DNA of 47,846 nt from Bacillota bacterium (GCA_012798895.1 JAAZMI010000042.1:1-47846); one strand, 5' to 3'; shown: positions 27,763 to 39,502, counted from the stretch's first letter. Numbers and translations are program-made. Notes: generated from the sequence alone by a model not told the origin.

Positions 27763-29001
27763 CTAGGGATAAACCTTTTTAATGACCAAACAAGCATTTG
27801 TGCCCCCAAAACCAAAGGAATTGGAGATAGCTATATCTATCTCTCCTTGTATCGCCTTATTAGGCACATAATTCAGATCGCAGGCCGGATCTTGATATTC
27901 ATAATTTATAGTAGGAGGTATTATACCGTGATACATGCTTAAGATGGTGGCGATCGCCTCCACTCCCCCCGCAGCCCCTAAAAGATGCCCGATCATCGAT
28001 TTGGTAGAACTGATCGGCAGCCGGTGGGCGTGTTCACCAAAAAGCCTTTTGATGGCCAGAGTTTCAACCTTATCATTATATTCCGTAGAAGTGCCGTGGG
28101 CATTGATATAATCTACGGCGGAAGGTGAAAGCCCGGCATTTTCCAGAGCTTTCCGCATGCAGAGATAGGCCCCCTGTCCTTCCGGATCCGGCGCCGTTAC
28201 GTGATGGCCATCGCCCGACATACCATAACCCACAATTTCAGCATAGATGGGAGCGCAACGTGCCAAGGCATGTTCCAATCTCTCCAGAACCAGAACCCCC
28301 GCGCCCTCCCCCATAACGAAACCATCACGTTTTAAATCGAAGGGCCGGGAGGCTTTGGCGGGTTGTTTATTACGTGTTGACATGGCGCGGGCAGCACAGA
28401 AACCGGCAAAAGCAATCGAGGTAAGCGGGGCTTCCGCACCACCGGCGATCATCACTTCGGCTTCGCCTCTTTGTAAAATACGGAATGCCTCGCCAATGGC
28501 ATGTGTCCCACTTGCACAGGCGGTTACCGGTGTCAAATTGGGGCCTTGCAGGCCATGTTCGATCGAAATATGGCCGGAAGCCATGTTGGCGATGAGCATC
28601 GGCACTAAGAAAGGGCTGACGCGGCGGGGGCCTCTTTCCAATAGAATCTTGAATTGTTTTTCGATCGTGCCCAGCCCGCCGATACCGGTGCCGATAACCA
28701 CACCTATTTTTTCTTTATCTTCGCGTCCAAAATCAAGATGGGCATCCCCTATGGCCATCTGTGCCGCCGTATAGGCAAACTGGGTAAAACGATCCGTCCT
28801 TTTGGTATCCCTTTTTTCCATGTACTGCTGGGGCTGAAAATCTGCAACTTCAGCAGCAATGTAAGTGGAAAATTCTTTAAACCGGGGGATTACCTGCACA
28901 CCGCTCTGCCCATTTTTTAGATTATCCCAAAATTCGTTTTTTCCAATACCGATCGGGGTTACTACCCCCATTCCGGTAACAACAACTTTATAACCAGCCA
29001 C
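27763..29001 (-). CDS. fabF: beta-ketoacyl-ACP synthase II
   Basis: Active-site Cys in ACASGTHAIG, His motifs HGTSTEYND and KSMIGHLLGAAG, C-terminal NSFGFGGTNA. Start placed at the GTG at 29001, 6 nt after GAGGTG (the ORF track opens at 29010). Confidence 0.95.
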   Translation of the reverse strand: MAGYKVVVTGMGVVTPIGIGKNEFWDNLKNGQSGVQVIPRFKEFSTYIAAEVADFQPQQYMEKRDTKRTDRFTQFAYTAAQMAIGDAHLDFGREDKEKIGVVIGTGIGGLGTIEKQFKILLERGPRRVSPFLVPMLIANMASGHISIEHGLQGPNLTPVTACASGTHAIGEAFRILQRGEAEVMIAGGAEAPLTSIAFAGFCAARAMSTRNKQPAKASRPFDLKRDGFVMGEGAGVLVLERLEHALARCAPIYAEIVGYGMSGDGHHVTAPDPEGQGAYLCMRKALENAGLSPSAVDYINAHGTSTEYNDKVETLAIKRLFGEHAHRLPISSTKSMIGHLLGAAGGVEAIATILSMYHGIIPPTINYEYQDPACDLNYVPNKAIQGEIDIAISNSFGFGGTNACLVIKKVYP

Positions 29002-29093
29002 ACTATTCACCTCGTACTACAACATCTCCAGCTCAATTTAAAGCCCCGCGAGAGGCAGGGCTTGCATGCTTCCGGCATATTCGTTGAAGGAAA

Positions 29094-29321
29094 CTAGATA
29101 CTTTTTTCTATGTAATCAATTATATCAGCCACGGTCTTGATATTCTCTACAGCCTCATCGGATATCTCCAGGTCGAATTCTTCTTCCAGAGCCATGACCA
29201 GCTCGACGACATCAAGCGAATCGGCGTCGAGATCTTCAAAGGTGGTTTTTGGTTTTATCTCCTCTTCATCAACATCGAGTTGCTCGATCATCAAGGACTT
29301 TACCTTGCCAAAAACATCCAA
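29094..29321 (-). CDS. acpP: acyl carrier protein
   Basis: 75 aa, acidic, with the phosphopantetheine attachment motif [19 protein letters not shown]. Confidence 0.97.
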   Translation of the reverse strand: MDVFGKVKSLMIEQLDVDEEEIKPKTTFEDLDADSLDVVELVMALEEEFDLEISDEAVENIKTVADIIDYIEKSI

Positions 29322-29362
29322 CCGTGCTCACCTCCCTCCCACATCTATAACATAAAAAATGA

Positions 29363-30106
29363 TTAAAGCGACATGCCCCCGTCGACAACAATTACAGAAC
29401 CGGTTACATAGTGAGCACTTCGCGCTAAAAATAGAACTGCCTCGGCAACCTCTTCCGGGCGGCCGAACCTCTGCAGGGCAATATGGGGCAAGACCGTGTC
29501 CTTCAATTGCTGCGGTAGATCTGCTGTCATCCTGGTTTCTATCATACCGGGCGCCACAGCATTGACCAGAATTCCCCTCCGGCCCATCTCCTTAGCCAGC
29601 GATCTGGTGAAGGCAATCACCCCGGCTTTGGCTGCAGCATAGTTTGTTTGTCCGCTGTTGCCGGTGATACCGGCCACTGAAGAGATATTGATGATCCTCC
29701 CACCGCTTTTTTGCCTCAAAAAAGGCCTTAAAACAGCCTTACAGCAATTAAAAACCCCTTTGAGATTGGTATCTGTTACAGCATCCCAATCTTCCGGTTT
29801 CATAAGGGCAAGCAGATTATCACGGCGTATCCCCGCATTATTAATAAGTATATCAATTCTGCTAAAATGATCAAGCGTCGCCTTGATCATCCCTTCACAA
29901 GCCTCCGGCTGCGTAACATCCGCCTGGTATAGCAGGCCCCTGCCGCCAAGCAGTTCCACTTCCCGTAGAATCTCCGCCGCAGCCTCCTTCTGGCGGTGGT
30001 AGTTAATCACTACCGCAGCTCCATCCCGGGCCAGGGCCAGAGCGATCGCCGCACCGATCCCACCCGAACCGCCGGTGACCAAAGCCACCTTTCCCTGTAG
30101 ATCCAA
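29363..30106 (-). CDS. fabG: 3-oxoacyl-ACP reductase
   Basis: SDR motifs: TGGSGGIG, NNAG, catalytic S...YAAAKAG. Position between fabD and acpP. Confidence 0.95.
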   Translation of the reverse strand: MDLQGKVALVTGGSGGIGAAIALALARDGAAVVINYHRQKEAAAEILREVELLGGRGLLYQADVTQPEACEGMIKATLDHFSRIDILINNAGIRRDNLLALMKPEDWDAVTDTNLKGVFNCCKAVLRPFLRQKSGGRIINISSVAGITGNSGQTNYAAAKAGVIAFTRSLAKEMGRRGILVNAVAPGMIETRMTADLPQQLKDTVLPHIALQRFGRPEEVAEAVLFLARSAHYVTGSVIVVDGGMSL

Positions 30107-30109
30107 AAC

Positions 30110-31045
30110 CTATTCCCCCTCCCGGAGCTTTAACATCCTCACCAGTGTTTTCCGATCTTCAACATGCACCGCTCTTACGTCCGGGGCAATCTTTCTCATG
30201 AAACCCGTCAAGACTCTCCCCGGCCCAACCTCGATAAAAAAATCGTAGCCGTCTTGGAGCAGCAGGCGCATGGAATCTTCCCAGAAGACCGGGCTATGCG
30301 TTTGTTTCAGAAGCGAATCTTTAATTTTTTCCGGCGAACCAAGGTAATCGGCTGCAATATTGGCTACAAACGGGACTGCCGGCTTTTTAAAGGAGATATC
30401 TTTCAAAAGTGAGGCCATCTTCCCCTCCACCGGCATGAGCAACCGGCAATGGAAAGGCACACTTACAGAAAGCATGATGGCACGAGCCCTAACCTGCCTG
30501 GCCCGGCGGCACACCTCTTCCACCGCCTCCTTGTGCCCGGCTACGACGATCTGGCCTGGACAGTTATAATTTGCCGGTTCCACGAGCCCGTAAGGGAGGC
30601 TATCCGTACAGAGCATCTCGACCTGTTCCGGCTCCAAGCCCAAGATGGCCGCCATCTTCCCCTTACCAAGGGGCACGGCCTCCTGCATAAATTTTGCCCG
30701 TTTATAGACGAGCAGAAGTGCTTCGCGAAAGCTTAGAACACCGGCACAAACCAGGGCACTGTACTCGCCGAGGCTTAAACCCGCCACGGCATCCGGTTTG
30801 AGACCCTTTTCCTGCAAAACAGACCAGACGGCGATGCTCGTAGTTAAAACCGCCGGCTGGGTTATCTCTGTTTTACGCAGTTCATCTTCTTCACCTGCAA
30901 AAATTATGCGGCTTAATCCAAAGCCCAGCACCTCATCCGCCTCGCGGAAAACAGCCTCCGCCACAGGGTAGAAAGCAGCCAACTCCCGGCCCATACCCAC
31001 GTACTGTGCACCCTGTCCGGGAAAAAGAAAGGCACACTTGGCCAT
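30110..31045 (-). CDS. fabD: malonyl CoA-ACP transacylase
   Basis: FLFPGQGAQYVGMG and the active-site GLSLGEYSAL. Confidence 0.95.
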   Translation of the reverse strand: MAKCAFLFPGQGAQYVGMGRELAAFYPVAEAVFREADEVLGFGLSRIIFAGEEDELRKTEITQPAVLTTSIAVWSVLQEKGLKPDAVAGLSLGEYSALVCAGVLSFREALLLVYKRAKFMQEAVPLGKGKMAAILGLEPEQVEMLCTDSLPYGLVEPANYNCPGQIVVAGHKEAVEEVCRRARQVRARAIMLSVSVPFHCRLLMPVEGKMASLLKDISFKKPAVPFVANIAADYLGSPEKIKDSLLKQTHSPVFWEDSMRLLLQDGYDFFIEVGPGRVLTGFMRKIAPDVRAVHVEDRKTLVRMLKLREGE

Positions 31046-31060
31046 GTGGATCCTCCTCCC

Positions 31061-32050
31061 TTACCACTTCAAAACAGATGCACCCCAGGTTAGGCCTGCA
31101 CCAAATGAGACCAGGGCCAAAAGATCGCCTTCGTTAAACTTCCCTTGTTCCACCGCCTCATCCAAAAGTATGGGGATGGAAGCCGAAGAAGTATTACCAT
31201 AACGGAGAATATTTACAAGCACCTGCTCCCGTTTTAGGCCCAACCTACGTGCAGCAAAATTGATAATGCGAATATTTGCCTGGTGCGGCAACAGAAAATC
31301 CAGATCGCCCGGCGTTTTATTGCACATCTCTAAAACATGCCGCGTGGAATCGACCAAAACTGTTACAGCAAACTTGAAGATCTCCGGCCCATTCATTTTA
31401 ATATAATGCAGGCGCTCTTTAATCGTCCACTGGGCAGCCGGAAAACGGCTGCCCCCGCCGGGAACGTACAACAATTCGGCTTTGTGACCGTCTGAAAACA
31501 TTTTGCTGGCCAGAAGGCCCCGTCCATCCTCTACGGGAGCCAAAACCACAGCACCGGCACCGTCGCCAAAGAGTACACATGTATTGCGATCCTGCCAATC
31601 AACGATGGGTGAAAGCGTATCCACGCCGATAACGAGGGCGTTTTTCAGGGTTCCGTTTTTAATGAACTGTTCGGCGACATTCATTCCGTATAGAAAACCT
31701 GTACACCCCGCCGCGAGATCAAAGGCAGCAGCATTAATAGTATTAAGCCTGGCCTGCACCAGACAAGATGCCGAGGGGAGCGGCTGATCCGGCGTGACCG
31801 TAGCCACAATCAGCAGATCGACTTCCTCCGGTTTCAAAGCCGCTCTCTCTAAAGCTTTTTCGGCGGCTGCAACCGCCAACCCGGAACAGGTTTCATCATT
31901 ACTGATAATCCGTCTTTCTTCGATCCCCGTTCTGGTCTTAATCCATTGATCGCTGGTTTCTACGATTTCTTCCAGATCTGAATTCGATACCCGGCCTACA
32001 GGCAAAGCCCTGCCTGTCGAGATGATGCCCACTGCTCCCCGGGATGCCAT
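31061..32050 (-). CDS. fabH: beta-ketoacyl-ACP synthase III
   Basis: Active-site Cys in AAGCTGFLYG, HQANIRI, GNTSSASIP. Confidence 0.95.
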   Translation of the reverse strand: MASRGAVGIISTGRALPVGRVSNSDLEEIVETSDQWIKTRTGIEERRIISNDETCSGLAVAAAEKALERAALKPEEVDLLIVATVTPDQPLPSASCLVQARLNTINAAAFDLAAGCTGFLYGMNVAEQFIKNGTLKNALVIGVDTLSPIVDWQDRNTCVLFGDGAGAVVLAPVEDGRGLLASKMFSDGHKAELLYVPGGGSRFPAAQWTIKERLHYIKMNGPEIFKFAVTVLVDSTRHVLEMCNKTPGDLDFLLPHQANIRIINFAARRLGLKREQVLVNILRYGNTSSASIPILLDEAVEQGKFNEGDLLALVSFGAGLTWGASVLKW

Positions 32051-32063
32051 AGTGCCACTCCTC

Positions 32064-33077
32064 TCAGCGCATGCCGGCAGAGCTCTGCCGCAAAGCTTCC
32101 TCTATTTTTTGGTTTGTATTTCTGCTGACAAAAGGGTAAACCTGCTTCAGAATAGCCTGCCTGATTGCTTTTTCCCTTGAGGAACCGTGGCATTTGAAAC
32201 ATGCCCCTTTTACACCGATCAACAAACTTCCTCCGTATTCCGATTCATCAAGCACGGCCTGAATTTTTTGCATAACCGGGCGGAACGCAGATTGAGCGTC
32301 TCGTGCCTTAAGATCTTTTTTTATTTCCTGATCCAAGAAAGCAAACAGATCACCGGACAAACCTTCAATGGTCTTTAAAAGCACGTTACCCGTAAAACCA
32401 TCGCAAACCAGAACATCTGTCTTGCCGCGAAAAATGTCCGTTGCCTCCAGGTTGCCCATAAAATAAGGCACATTCTCCCGCATCAATTTATAGGCACTTT
32501 TTACCTGGGCGTTACCCTTGTTTTTCTCACTACCAACATTTAGCAATGACACCCGAGGCTGTTTTTTCCCGAGCACTTCCCGGGCATAGATCTGGCCCAT
32601 CAAAGCATAATGTAGAAGGTGTTCCGGCTTGGCATCCATATTGGCACCTATATCCAAAAGAACAGTCCCTTCTCCTTTAAGGATAGGGATAATCGTAAGC
32701 AGTGCCGGCCGCCTGATGCCGCCGATCCTTTCCAGGAAAATTAGACCTCCGCCCATCAGGGCACCGGTGTTTCCCGCACTAAGCACCGCATCGGCTTCCC
32801 CCCGGCGAACCATCTGCATGGCTGTAATCAAAGATGATTTTCGCTTGGAGAAAACTGCTAAACCCGGCTCCTCATCGTTGGTGATAACCTCTTCTGCATG
32901 GATCACTTTAACCCGGGGAGAAATCGGTTTATGGCCGATATTTTTCCTAATTATCTCCTCAGAACCTACGAGAAAAACCTGCAGGTCATCTTTTCTGTCG
33001 ACGGCACCAAGGGCACCTTTAATCACCTCTGCCGGTGCATGGTCGCCCCCCATGGCGTCAACAGCTACCCGTAGCAT
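32064..33077 (-). CDS. plsX: phosphate acyltransferase PlsX
   Basis: VAVDAMGGDHAP N-terminal signature, GNTGALM. Position rpmF-plsX-fabH. Confidence 0.95.
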   Translation of the reverse strand: MLRVAVDAMGGDHAPAEVIKGALGAVDRKDDLQVFLVGSEEIIRKNIGHKPISPRVKVIHAEEVITNDEEPGLAVFSKRKSSLITAMQMVRRGEADAVLSAGNTGALMGGGLIFLERIGGIRRPALLTIIPILKGEGTVLLDIGANMDAKPEHLLHYALMGQIYAREVLGKKQPRVSLLNVGSEKNKGNAQVKSAYKLMRENVPYFMGNLEATDIFRGKTDVLVCDGFTGNVLLKTIEGLSGDLFAFLDQEIKKDLKARDAQSAFRPVMQKIQAVLDESEYGGSLLIGVKGACFKCHGSSREKAIRQAILKQVYPFVSRNTNQKIEEALRQSSAGMR

Positions 33078-33112
33078 AACCCCACATCCCCCCTGTAACC
33101 CATTTTACCCCT

Positions 33113-33145
33113 AAAATAAAACAGCCCCGGGCTCTACTCCGGGGC
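33113..33145 (-). terminator. stem-loop terminator/attenuator between rpmF and plsX
   Basis: On the minus strand: GCCCCGG, agtagag, CCCGGGGC, followed by TGTTTTATTTT. Confidence 0.55.
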
Positions 33146-33179
33146 AAAACCCGGGTTTTTCATATATGCTTGATTTAAT

Positions 33180-33347
33180 TTACAAAACCTCTCTGTTTTT
33201 ATAATATCCACAGTGAGGGCAGATGCGGTGTGGCAATTTTACCTCGTGACATTGCGGGCAGGTCGATAGTCCCGGCATTTTCACTTTCCAGTTAGCCCTG
33301 CGCTTATCTCTTTTGGCCTTCGAAGTCCTTCTTTTAGGTACCGCCAA
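33180..33347 (-). CDS. rpmF: 50S ribosomal protein L32
   Basis: [16 protein letters not shown] plus a CxxC...CxxC zinc ribbon. Start placed at the TTG giving MAVPKRR, 7 nt after GGAGGTG (the ORF track opens at 33362). Confidence 0.95.
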   Translation of the reverse strand: MAVPKRRTSKAKRDKRRANWKVKMPGLSTCPQCHEVKLPHRICPHCGYYKNREVL

Positions 33348-33381
33348 GGGTAACACCTCCATTTTCTAAAAAATAGAATCA

Positions 33382-33903
33382 TCATAGTTGCTTTTTCATT
33401 TTTTCCAAGGCCGCCCAACGTGGATCGATCTCATCTTGCCGGCAGTTGCATTGTTCCCGGTTCCTGTTTACCCCACAAAGGGGGCAGAGTCCTTGACAAT
33501 CCTCCCGGCATAAGATCTTCAAAGGCTGTGACATAAAAAACAACTGGCGGAAATATTCGCTTAGATCAAGGGTCTCCCCCCTGAAAGCATATCTTTCCCC
33601 TTTTTCCAGCTCCAACCCGCCGGCCAACCCCTCCGCTTCCGGGGCCGGACCCGGTAGGTGCGTAAATTCCTCACGAAAGCTGTCTTCAAGATAATAATTG
33701 AATTTATCCAGGCAACGGCTGCATTCCCCTTGCAGGTCTACCCGCCATTTTCCCTTAACCAAAACTCGTGTGGAAACATAGGCGGCCTGCAAGTTGACTT
33801 TTAATAATCCGCGGGCCCGATCCGCATCTGAATCCAGGGCGATGGCCCCACTAAAAGGCAGATATCTACCTTCATCCTTTTGCAGATCACGAATGGATAA
33901 TAT
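33382..33903 (-). CDS. YceD/DUF177-family protein (23S rRNA accumulation protein)
   Basis: DUF177 layout with a C-terminal Cys cluster CREDCQGLCPLCGVNRN. Conserved position upstream of rpmF. Start placed at the ATG at 33903, after AAAGGTGG, because the predicted promoter ends at about 33948. Confidence 0.88.
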   Translation of the reverse strand: MLSIRDLQKDEGRYLPFSGAIALDSDADRARGLLKVNLQAAYVSTRVLVKGKWRVDLQGECSRCLDKFNYYLEDSFREEFTHLPGPAPEAEGLAGGLELEKGERYAFRGETLDLSEYFRQLFFMSQPLKILCREDCQGLCPLCGVNRNREQCNCRQDEIDPRWAALEKMKKQL

Positions 33904-33947
33904 CATCTCAACCACCTTTAAAGATACACTTTTGAGCAAGCTTAATA

Positions 33948-33976
33948 ATTATATCCGAGTATAAACCATTTTTCAA
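33948..33976 (-). promoter_or_regulatory. near-consensus sigma-A promoter for yceD-rpmF(-plsX-fab)
   Basis: On the minus strand: TTGAAA, exactly 17 nt, TATAAT. Confidence 0.55.
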
Positions 33977-34070
33977 GAATTAACCGTCCGCCACCGCCGC
34001 CTGCACCCCGAAATACCGGAATAACGAACGCCCGCCCCCCGCCCGGATCCAGCAGAACAATTTGAAGGAT

Positions 34071-34490
34071 CTAATGGGTAATACCGTCCACGTCATCTAA
34101 TACTTTGTCGCGGAAGGAGATGATGATCCGGTTGGGCACACAGACGATGCTTTCATAACTACGGCTAATCCACCCCGTATGTGCACATATTCCCCGCGGG
34201 CAAAGGGATCTGTCCTCTATTGGCAGCAGGCGTACCCGGCCTTGCTTTATCTCCAAAACAGCAACATGCTCCCTGTTTTCACCAAAAGGAAAGGGAACCA
34301 TCTCCTCTGTTTCCTCATTAAATGATATCTCCATCACAAATTCATTATCAACATGTACAATAACATACTTTTGTTCCCCGGCTGCCTCCAGGGAAAAATT
34401 TAAAACAAAGCCCCCCAAGCTGCATAGGAGAATTAAAACAATGAAAAACTTATCATAAAAGGTAAGTTTCAGCCTCATAAGAAAATTCAT
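34071..34490 (-). CDS. NusG domain II-containing membrane-anchored protein (DUF1312)
   Basis: N-terminal TM anchor, then a beta-rich domain ending CPRGICAHTGWI...IVCVPNRIII, the NusG_II signature. Start is ambiguous (TTG 34502, ATG 34490 or ATG 34478). Confidence 0.7.
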   Translation of the reverse strand: MNFLMRLKLTFYDKFFIVLILLCSLGGFVLNFSLEAAGEQKYVIVHVDNEFVMEISFNEETEEMVPFPFGENREHVAVLEIKQGRVRLLPIEDRSLCPRGICAHTGWISRSYESIVCVPNRIIISFRDKVLDDVDGITH

Positions 34491-34633
34491 CCCCCGGCTC
34501 AACTGTAATCAACAGATCGAAAAGGCAGCCCCCCGGCACAACGGGGACAGCAATACAATTTTGGGCCCCGCGGAAAGATAACCTGAGGGCCCCAAAGGTT
34601 ATTATAGCTGAAGAATAGGCCGGCCTCAACTCA

Positions 34634-35080
34634 TCAACAATTTTTTTTCGACAACTTGTACGTGGCGCTGCCCAGGGCTATCAGCTCTTTCCCCTGGTGG
34701 ATACGGGTCTGGCCAAAAGCGGTGGAACCCCTTTGATATACTATCTCCCCTGTCGCCACGATCGTCCCCTCTGTTATTGCTTTAAAGTAGTTTACTTTTA
34801 ACTCTACCGTGGCAATAGCCTGCACATCTTCTTTATTTAACAGCACAAAACCCAACACAGCATCGATCATCGTAGCGATTATTCCGCCATGCAGCGTGCC
34901 CATCGGGTTGGTAAGTTTTTCTGCCCAGTTAAGCGTCAGCTTGGCGCGTGGATATTTTATTTCAACGATCTCTACTTCCAAAAGTTCTAAATATGGCGAT
35001 AGAGGCACTTTTAACCGACCAGTCATCCTTCTGCTCCCATCTGAATCTATTTTCTGCAAAAAATTTTTAACTACCTCCAA
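34634..35080 (-). CDS. PaaI-family hotdog-fold thioesterase
   Basis: 148 aa. NPMGTLHGGIIATMIDAVLG is the PaaI/4HBT (uncharacterised domain 1) core. Confidence 0.8.
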   Translation of the reverse strand: MEVVKNFLQKIDSDGSRRMTGRLKVPLSPYLELLEVEIVEIKYPRAKLTLNWAEKLTNPMGTLHGGIIATMIDAVLGFVLLNKEDVQAIATVELKVNYFKAITEGTIVATGEIVYQRGSTAFGQTRIHQGKELIALGSATYKLSKKNC

Positions 35081-35094
35081 ACCGTTTTTATTCT

Positions 35095-35646
35095 CTAATT
35101 CCCCTTTTCGTCCCTTATTTTCTGTAATGTTTCCTCATATACCTGAAAATCATTGGCACCAAAAAGCACAAAGCGAACCAGATCCGGCGAGCTGTTCTGC
35201 TGCAAAAAATTAATTACAGCCCGCAGGGAGATCTCAGCAGCCTCTTGAAGAGGGTAACCGAAGATCCCGGTGCTGATCGCCGGGAAAGCAATGCTTCTGA
35301 TCCCATTTTCCTTAGCCAGACGAAGGCTGTTCAGATAACAATTCTCCAGATCCACGGCATTTTGCGGGGTATTGTTATAAACAGGACCCACTGTATGGAC
35401 TACATGGCGCGCTTTTAGACGGTACCCCGCGCTTATTTTTGCCTCCCCCGTCTCACAGCCATCCAGGTTTTGACATTCATCCCACAGCTCCGGCCCGGCA
35501 GCACGGTGGATCGCTCCGGCAACCCCGCCACCGGGGGCCAGACGTTTATTGGCCGCGTTGACGATGGCCTCCGTATCCTGTTGGGTAATATCTCCCCGTA
35601 CGATCTCCAGCAAAGATGTTCCCACTTTAAAACTTGCCTGGCTCAA
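35095..35646 (-). CDS. macro domain protein (O-acetyl-ADP-ribose deacetylase, YmdB-like)
   Basis: GDITQQDTEAIVNAAN...GGGVAGAIHRAAG...AFPAISTGIFGYP are the canonical macrodomain ADP-ribose-binding motifs. Confidence 0.9.
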   Translation of the reverse strand: MSQASFKVGTSLLEIVRGDITQQDTEAIVNAANKRLAPGGGVAGAIHRAAGPELWDECQNLDGCETGEAKISAGYRLKARHVVHTVGPVYNNTPQNAVDLENCYLNSLRLAKENGIRSIAFPAISTGIFGYPLQEAAEISLRAVINFLQQNSSPDLVRFVLFGANDFQVYEETLQKIRDEKGN

Positions 35647-35790
35647 AATTTCTACCTCCTCAGTAAAACGTAATGGTTTTCCCTAAAAGGCCGGAATTAT
35701 TGTTAAACTGATCCTTTGGAAAAATACTCCTTCTTCGTTATTATAGCACAAGATTTTATCCTTTTAAAAAACAACTGTTTGTTCCCTCCC

Positions 35791-35827
35791 AATAGGCCTA
35801 TTCAACGGCAGCTCAATAGGATAGAAT
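35791..35827 (+). promoter_or_regulatory. candidate operator plus -10 element upstream of comFB
   Basis: Perfect 12-bp palindrome AATAGGCCTATT (35791-35802), a third half-site AATAGG (35815-35820), then TAGAAT (35822-35827), 31 nt before the GTG start. Confidence 0.3.
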
Positions 35828-35857
35828 GTTCTTAGATATGAGGAAGGGGGAGAAGAA

Positions 35858-36139
35858 GTGCCTGTTCTACAAAATCTGATGGAGGAGATAGTATTTGCAA
35901 CTATAGATGAACTGCTAATCGGGGAGGATGTGTGCAAGTGCGAGCAATGCCGCAAGGATATTGCCGCCCTGGCTCTTAACAGCCTGCCCCCGCGTTACGT
36001 TGTCACGGCAAAAGGGGCCTCGTATGCCCGGGCAGATCTGCTGGAGATACAAAAATACATCGATGTCATTGGCGCTGTTACTAAGGCCATCAAGCTGGTT
36101 CAAGAGCACCCGCGGCACAATATAAAGCCTGAAAAATAG
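35858..36139 (+). CDS. comFB: late competence development protein ComFB family
   Basis: 93 aa. NLMEEIV...DVCKCEQCRKDIAALALNSLPPRYVV is the ComFB (PF10719) pattern. GTG start after GGGGGAG. Confidence 0.8.
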   Translation: MPVLQNLMEEIVFATIDELLIGEDVCKCEQCRKDIAALALNSLPPRYVVTAKGASYARADLLEIQKYIDVIGAVTKAIKLVQEHPRHNIKPEK

Positions 36140-36144
36140 TAGAT

Positions 36145-38217
<2,073 letters not shown>

Positions 38218-38230
38218 CTAGATGATTAAT

Positions 38231-39502
38231 TTACAGAGCACGGTGGGCAATATCCCGGCGGTAATATTTACCTTCAAAATCGATCTCCGCCGCAAGTTTA
38301 TAGGCCCCCGCCAAGGCAGATTTTAGATCGGCCTGCCAGGCCGTAACGCCCAGCACTCTCCCTCCGGCAGTCACGATCTTATGATCTTGAAAAGATGTTC
38401 CGGAATGAAAAACCATGGCACCTTGTTGCTCGCGTGCTTTTTCCAATCCCCTGATCTCCTTGCCCGTTTCGTAGGAACCCGGATAGCCCTGCGATGCCAG
38501 GACTACGCAGACTGTGGCCCCCTCCTCCCAATCCGGCGGCCAGAGCGAACGCAGATCTCCCCGCGCCGCCTCATAGAGAAGGGGGAAAAGATCTGTGCGC
38601 TGGCCGGGAAAGAGCACCTGTGCCTCCGGATCGCCAAAGCGCACGTTAAACTCCAAAACCTTTGGTTCACCCTCCGGTGTAATCATCAGCCCCCCGTAGA
38701 GAACTCCGCGATAAGTAATGCCTTCTTCACGCAAGCCCCCGAAAACCGGATCGAAGATCTCCTTACATACCCTCTTCAACAGCGCACCCGTGAGCACCGG
38801 AGCCGGCGAATATGCGCCCATGCCCCCCGTGTTGGGACCGCGATCCCCTTCATAGATGGCTTTGTGATCCTGAACCGAGGGCAGCGTAAAATAGGTATAC
38901 CCGTCAGTAACAGCGAAAACAGAGACCTCTTCCCCGGACATGAATTCCTCGACGATTATTTTTTCCCCGGCGGCACCGAAAATTTTGTCTTCCATGATGG
39001 CACGCACAAATTCGCCTGCCTCTTCATAATCGGATGCAATGAGCACACCTTTGCCGGCAGCAAGGCCATCGGCTTTTACGACCAGGGGATAGGCAGCAGC
39101 CTGAAGATAAGAGAGGGCCTCCTTCAGGCCGTGAAAGACTTCAAAAGCAGCCGTGGGAATATTATGCCTGGCCATAAACCTTTTTGCCCAGCTTTTGCTT
39201 CCTTCCAGGAGCGCGCCCTTCTGTGTCGGCCCGAAGATCAACTGGTTTTTCTCCTGGAACAGATCTACAATTCCTCCGGCCAGGGGTGCTTCCGGGCCAA
39301 CCACAGTGAGGTGAATCTTTTTTTCTTGGGCAAAAAGCAGAATGTTTTCCAGATCATCTGCTCTTATGGGCACACATTCCGCCAGGGAGGCGATGCCGGC
39401 ATTACCCGGTACACAAAAGATCTCTCCAACCTCGGAGCTTTGTGCCAATTTCCAGACCAGAGCATGTTCCCGGCCTCCGCCCCCAACAACCATTACACGC
39501 AA
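38231..39502 (-). CDS. purD: phosphoribosylamine-glycine ligase
   Basis: MRVMVVGGGGREHALVWKL N-terminus, ATP-grasp core, C-terminal GGRVLGVTA. Confidence 0.96.
   Translation of the reverse strand: MRVMVVGGGGREHALVWKLAQSSEVGEIFCVPGNAGIASLAECVPIRADDLENILLFAQEKKIHLTVVGPEAPLAGGIVDLFQEKNQLIFGPTQKGALLEGSKSWAKRFMARHNIPTAAFEVFHGLKEALSYLQAAAYPLVVKADGLAAGKGVLIASDYEEAGEFVRAIMEDKIFGAAGEKIIVEEFMSGEEVSVFAVTDGYTYFTLPSVQDHKAIYEGDRGPNTGGMGAYSPAPVLTGALLKRVCKEIFDPVFGGLREEGITYRGVLYGGLMITPEGEPKVLEFNVRFGDPEAQVLFPGQRTDLFPLLYEAARGDLRSLWPPDWEEGATVCVVLASQGYPGSYETGKEIRGLEKAREQQGAMVFHSGTSFQDHKIVTAGGRVLGVTAWQADLKSALAGAYKLAAEIDFEGKYYRRDIAHRAL

Noticed and set aside
34503-34633. GGGCCC-containing repeats and the AGGCCGGCCT palindrome between the thioesterase and NusG-II genes as a possible mobile or REP element
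   Set aside because: They are short, form only weak 6-7-bp stems, and are consistent with an ordinary terminator region for the thioesterase gene. No second copy occurs elsewhere in the window.
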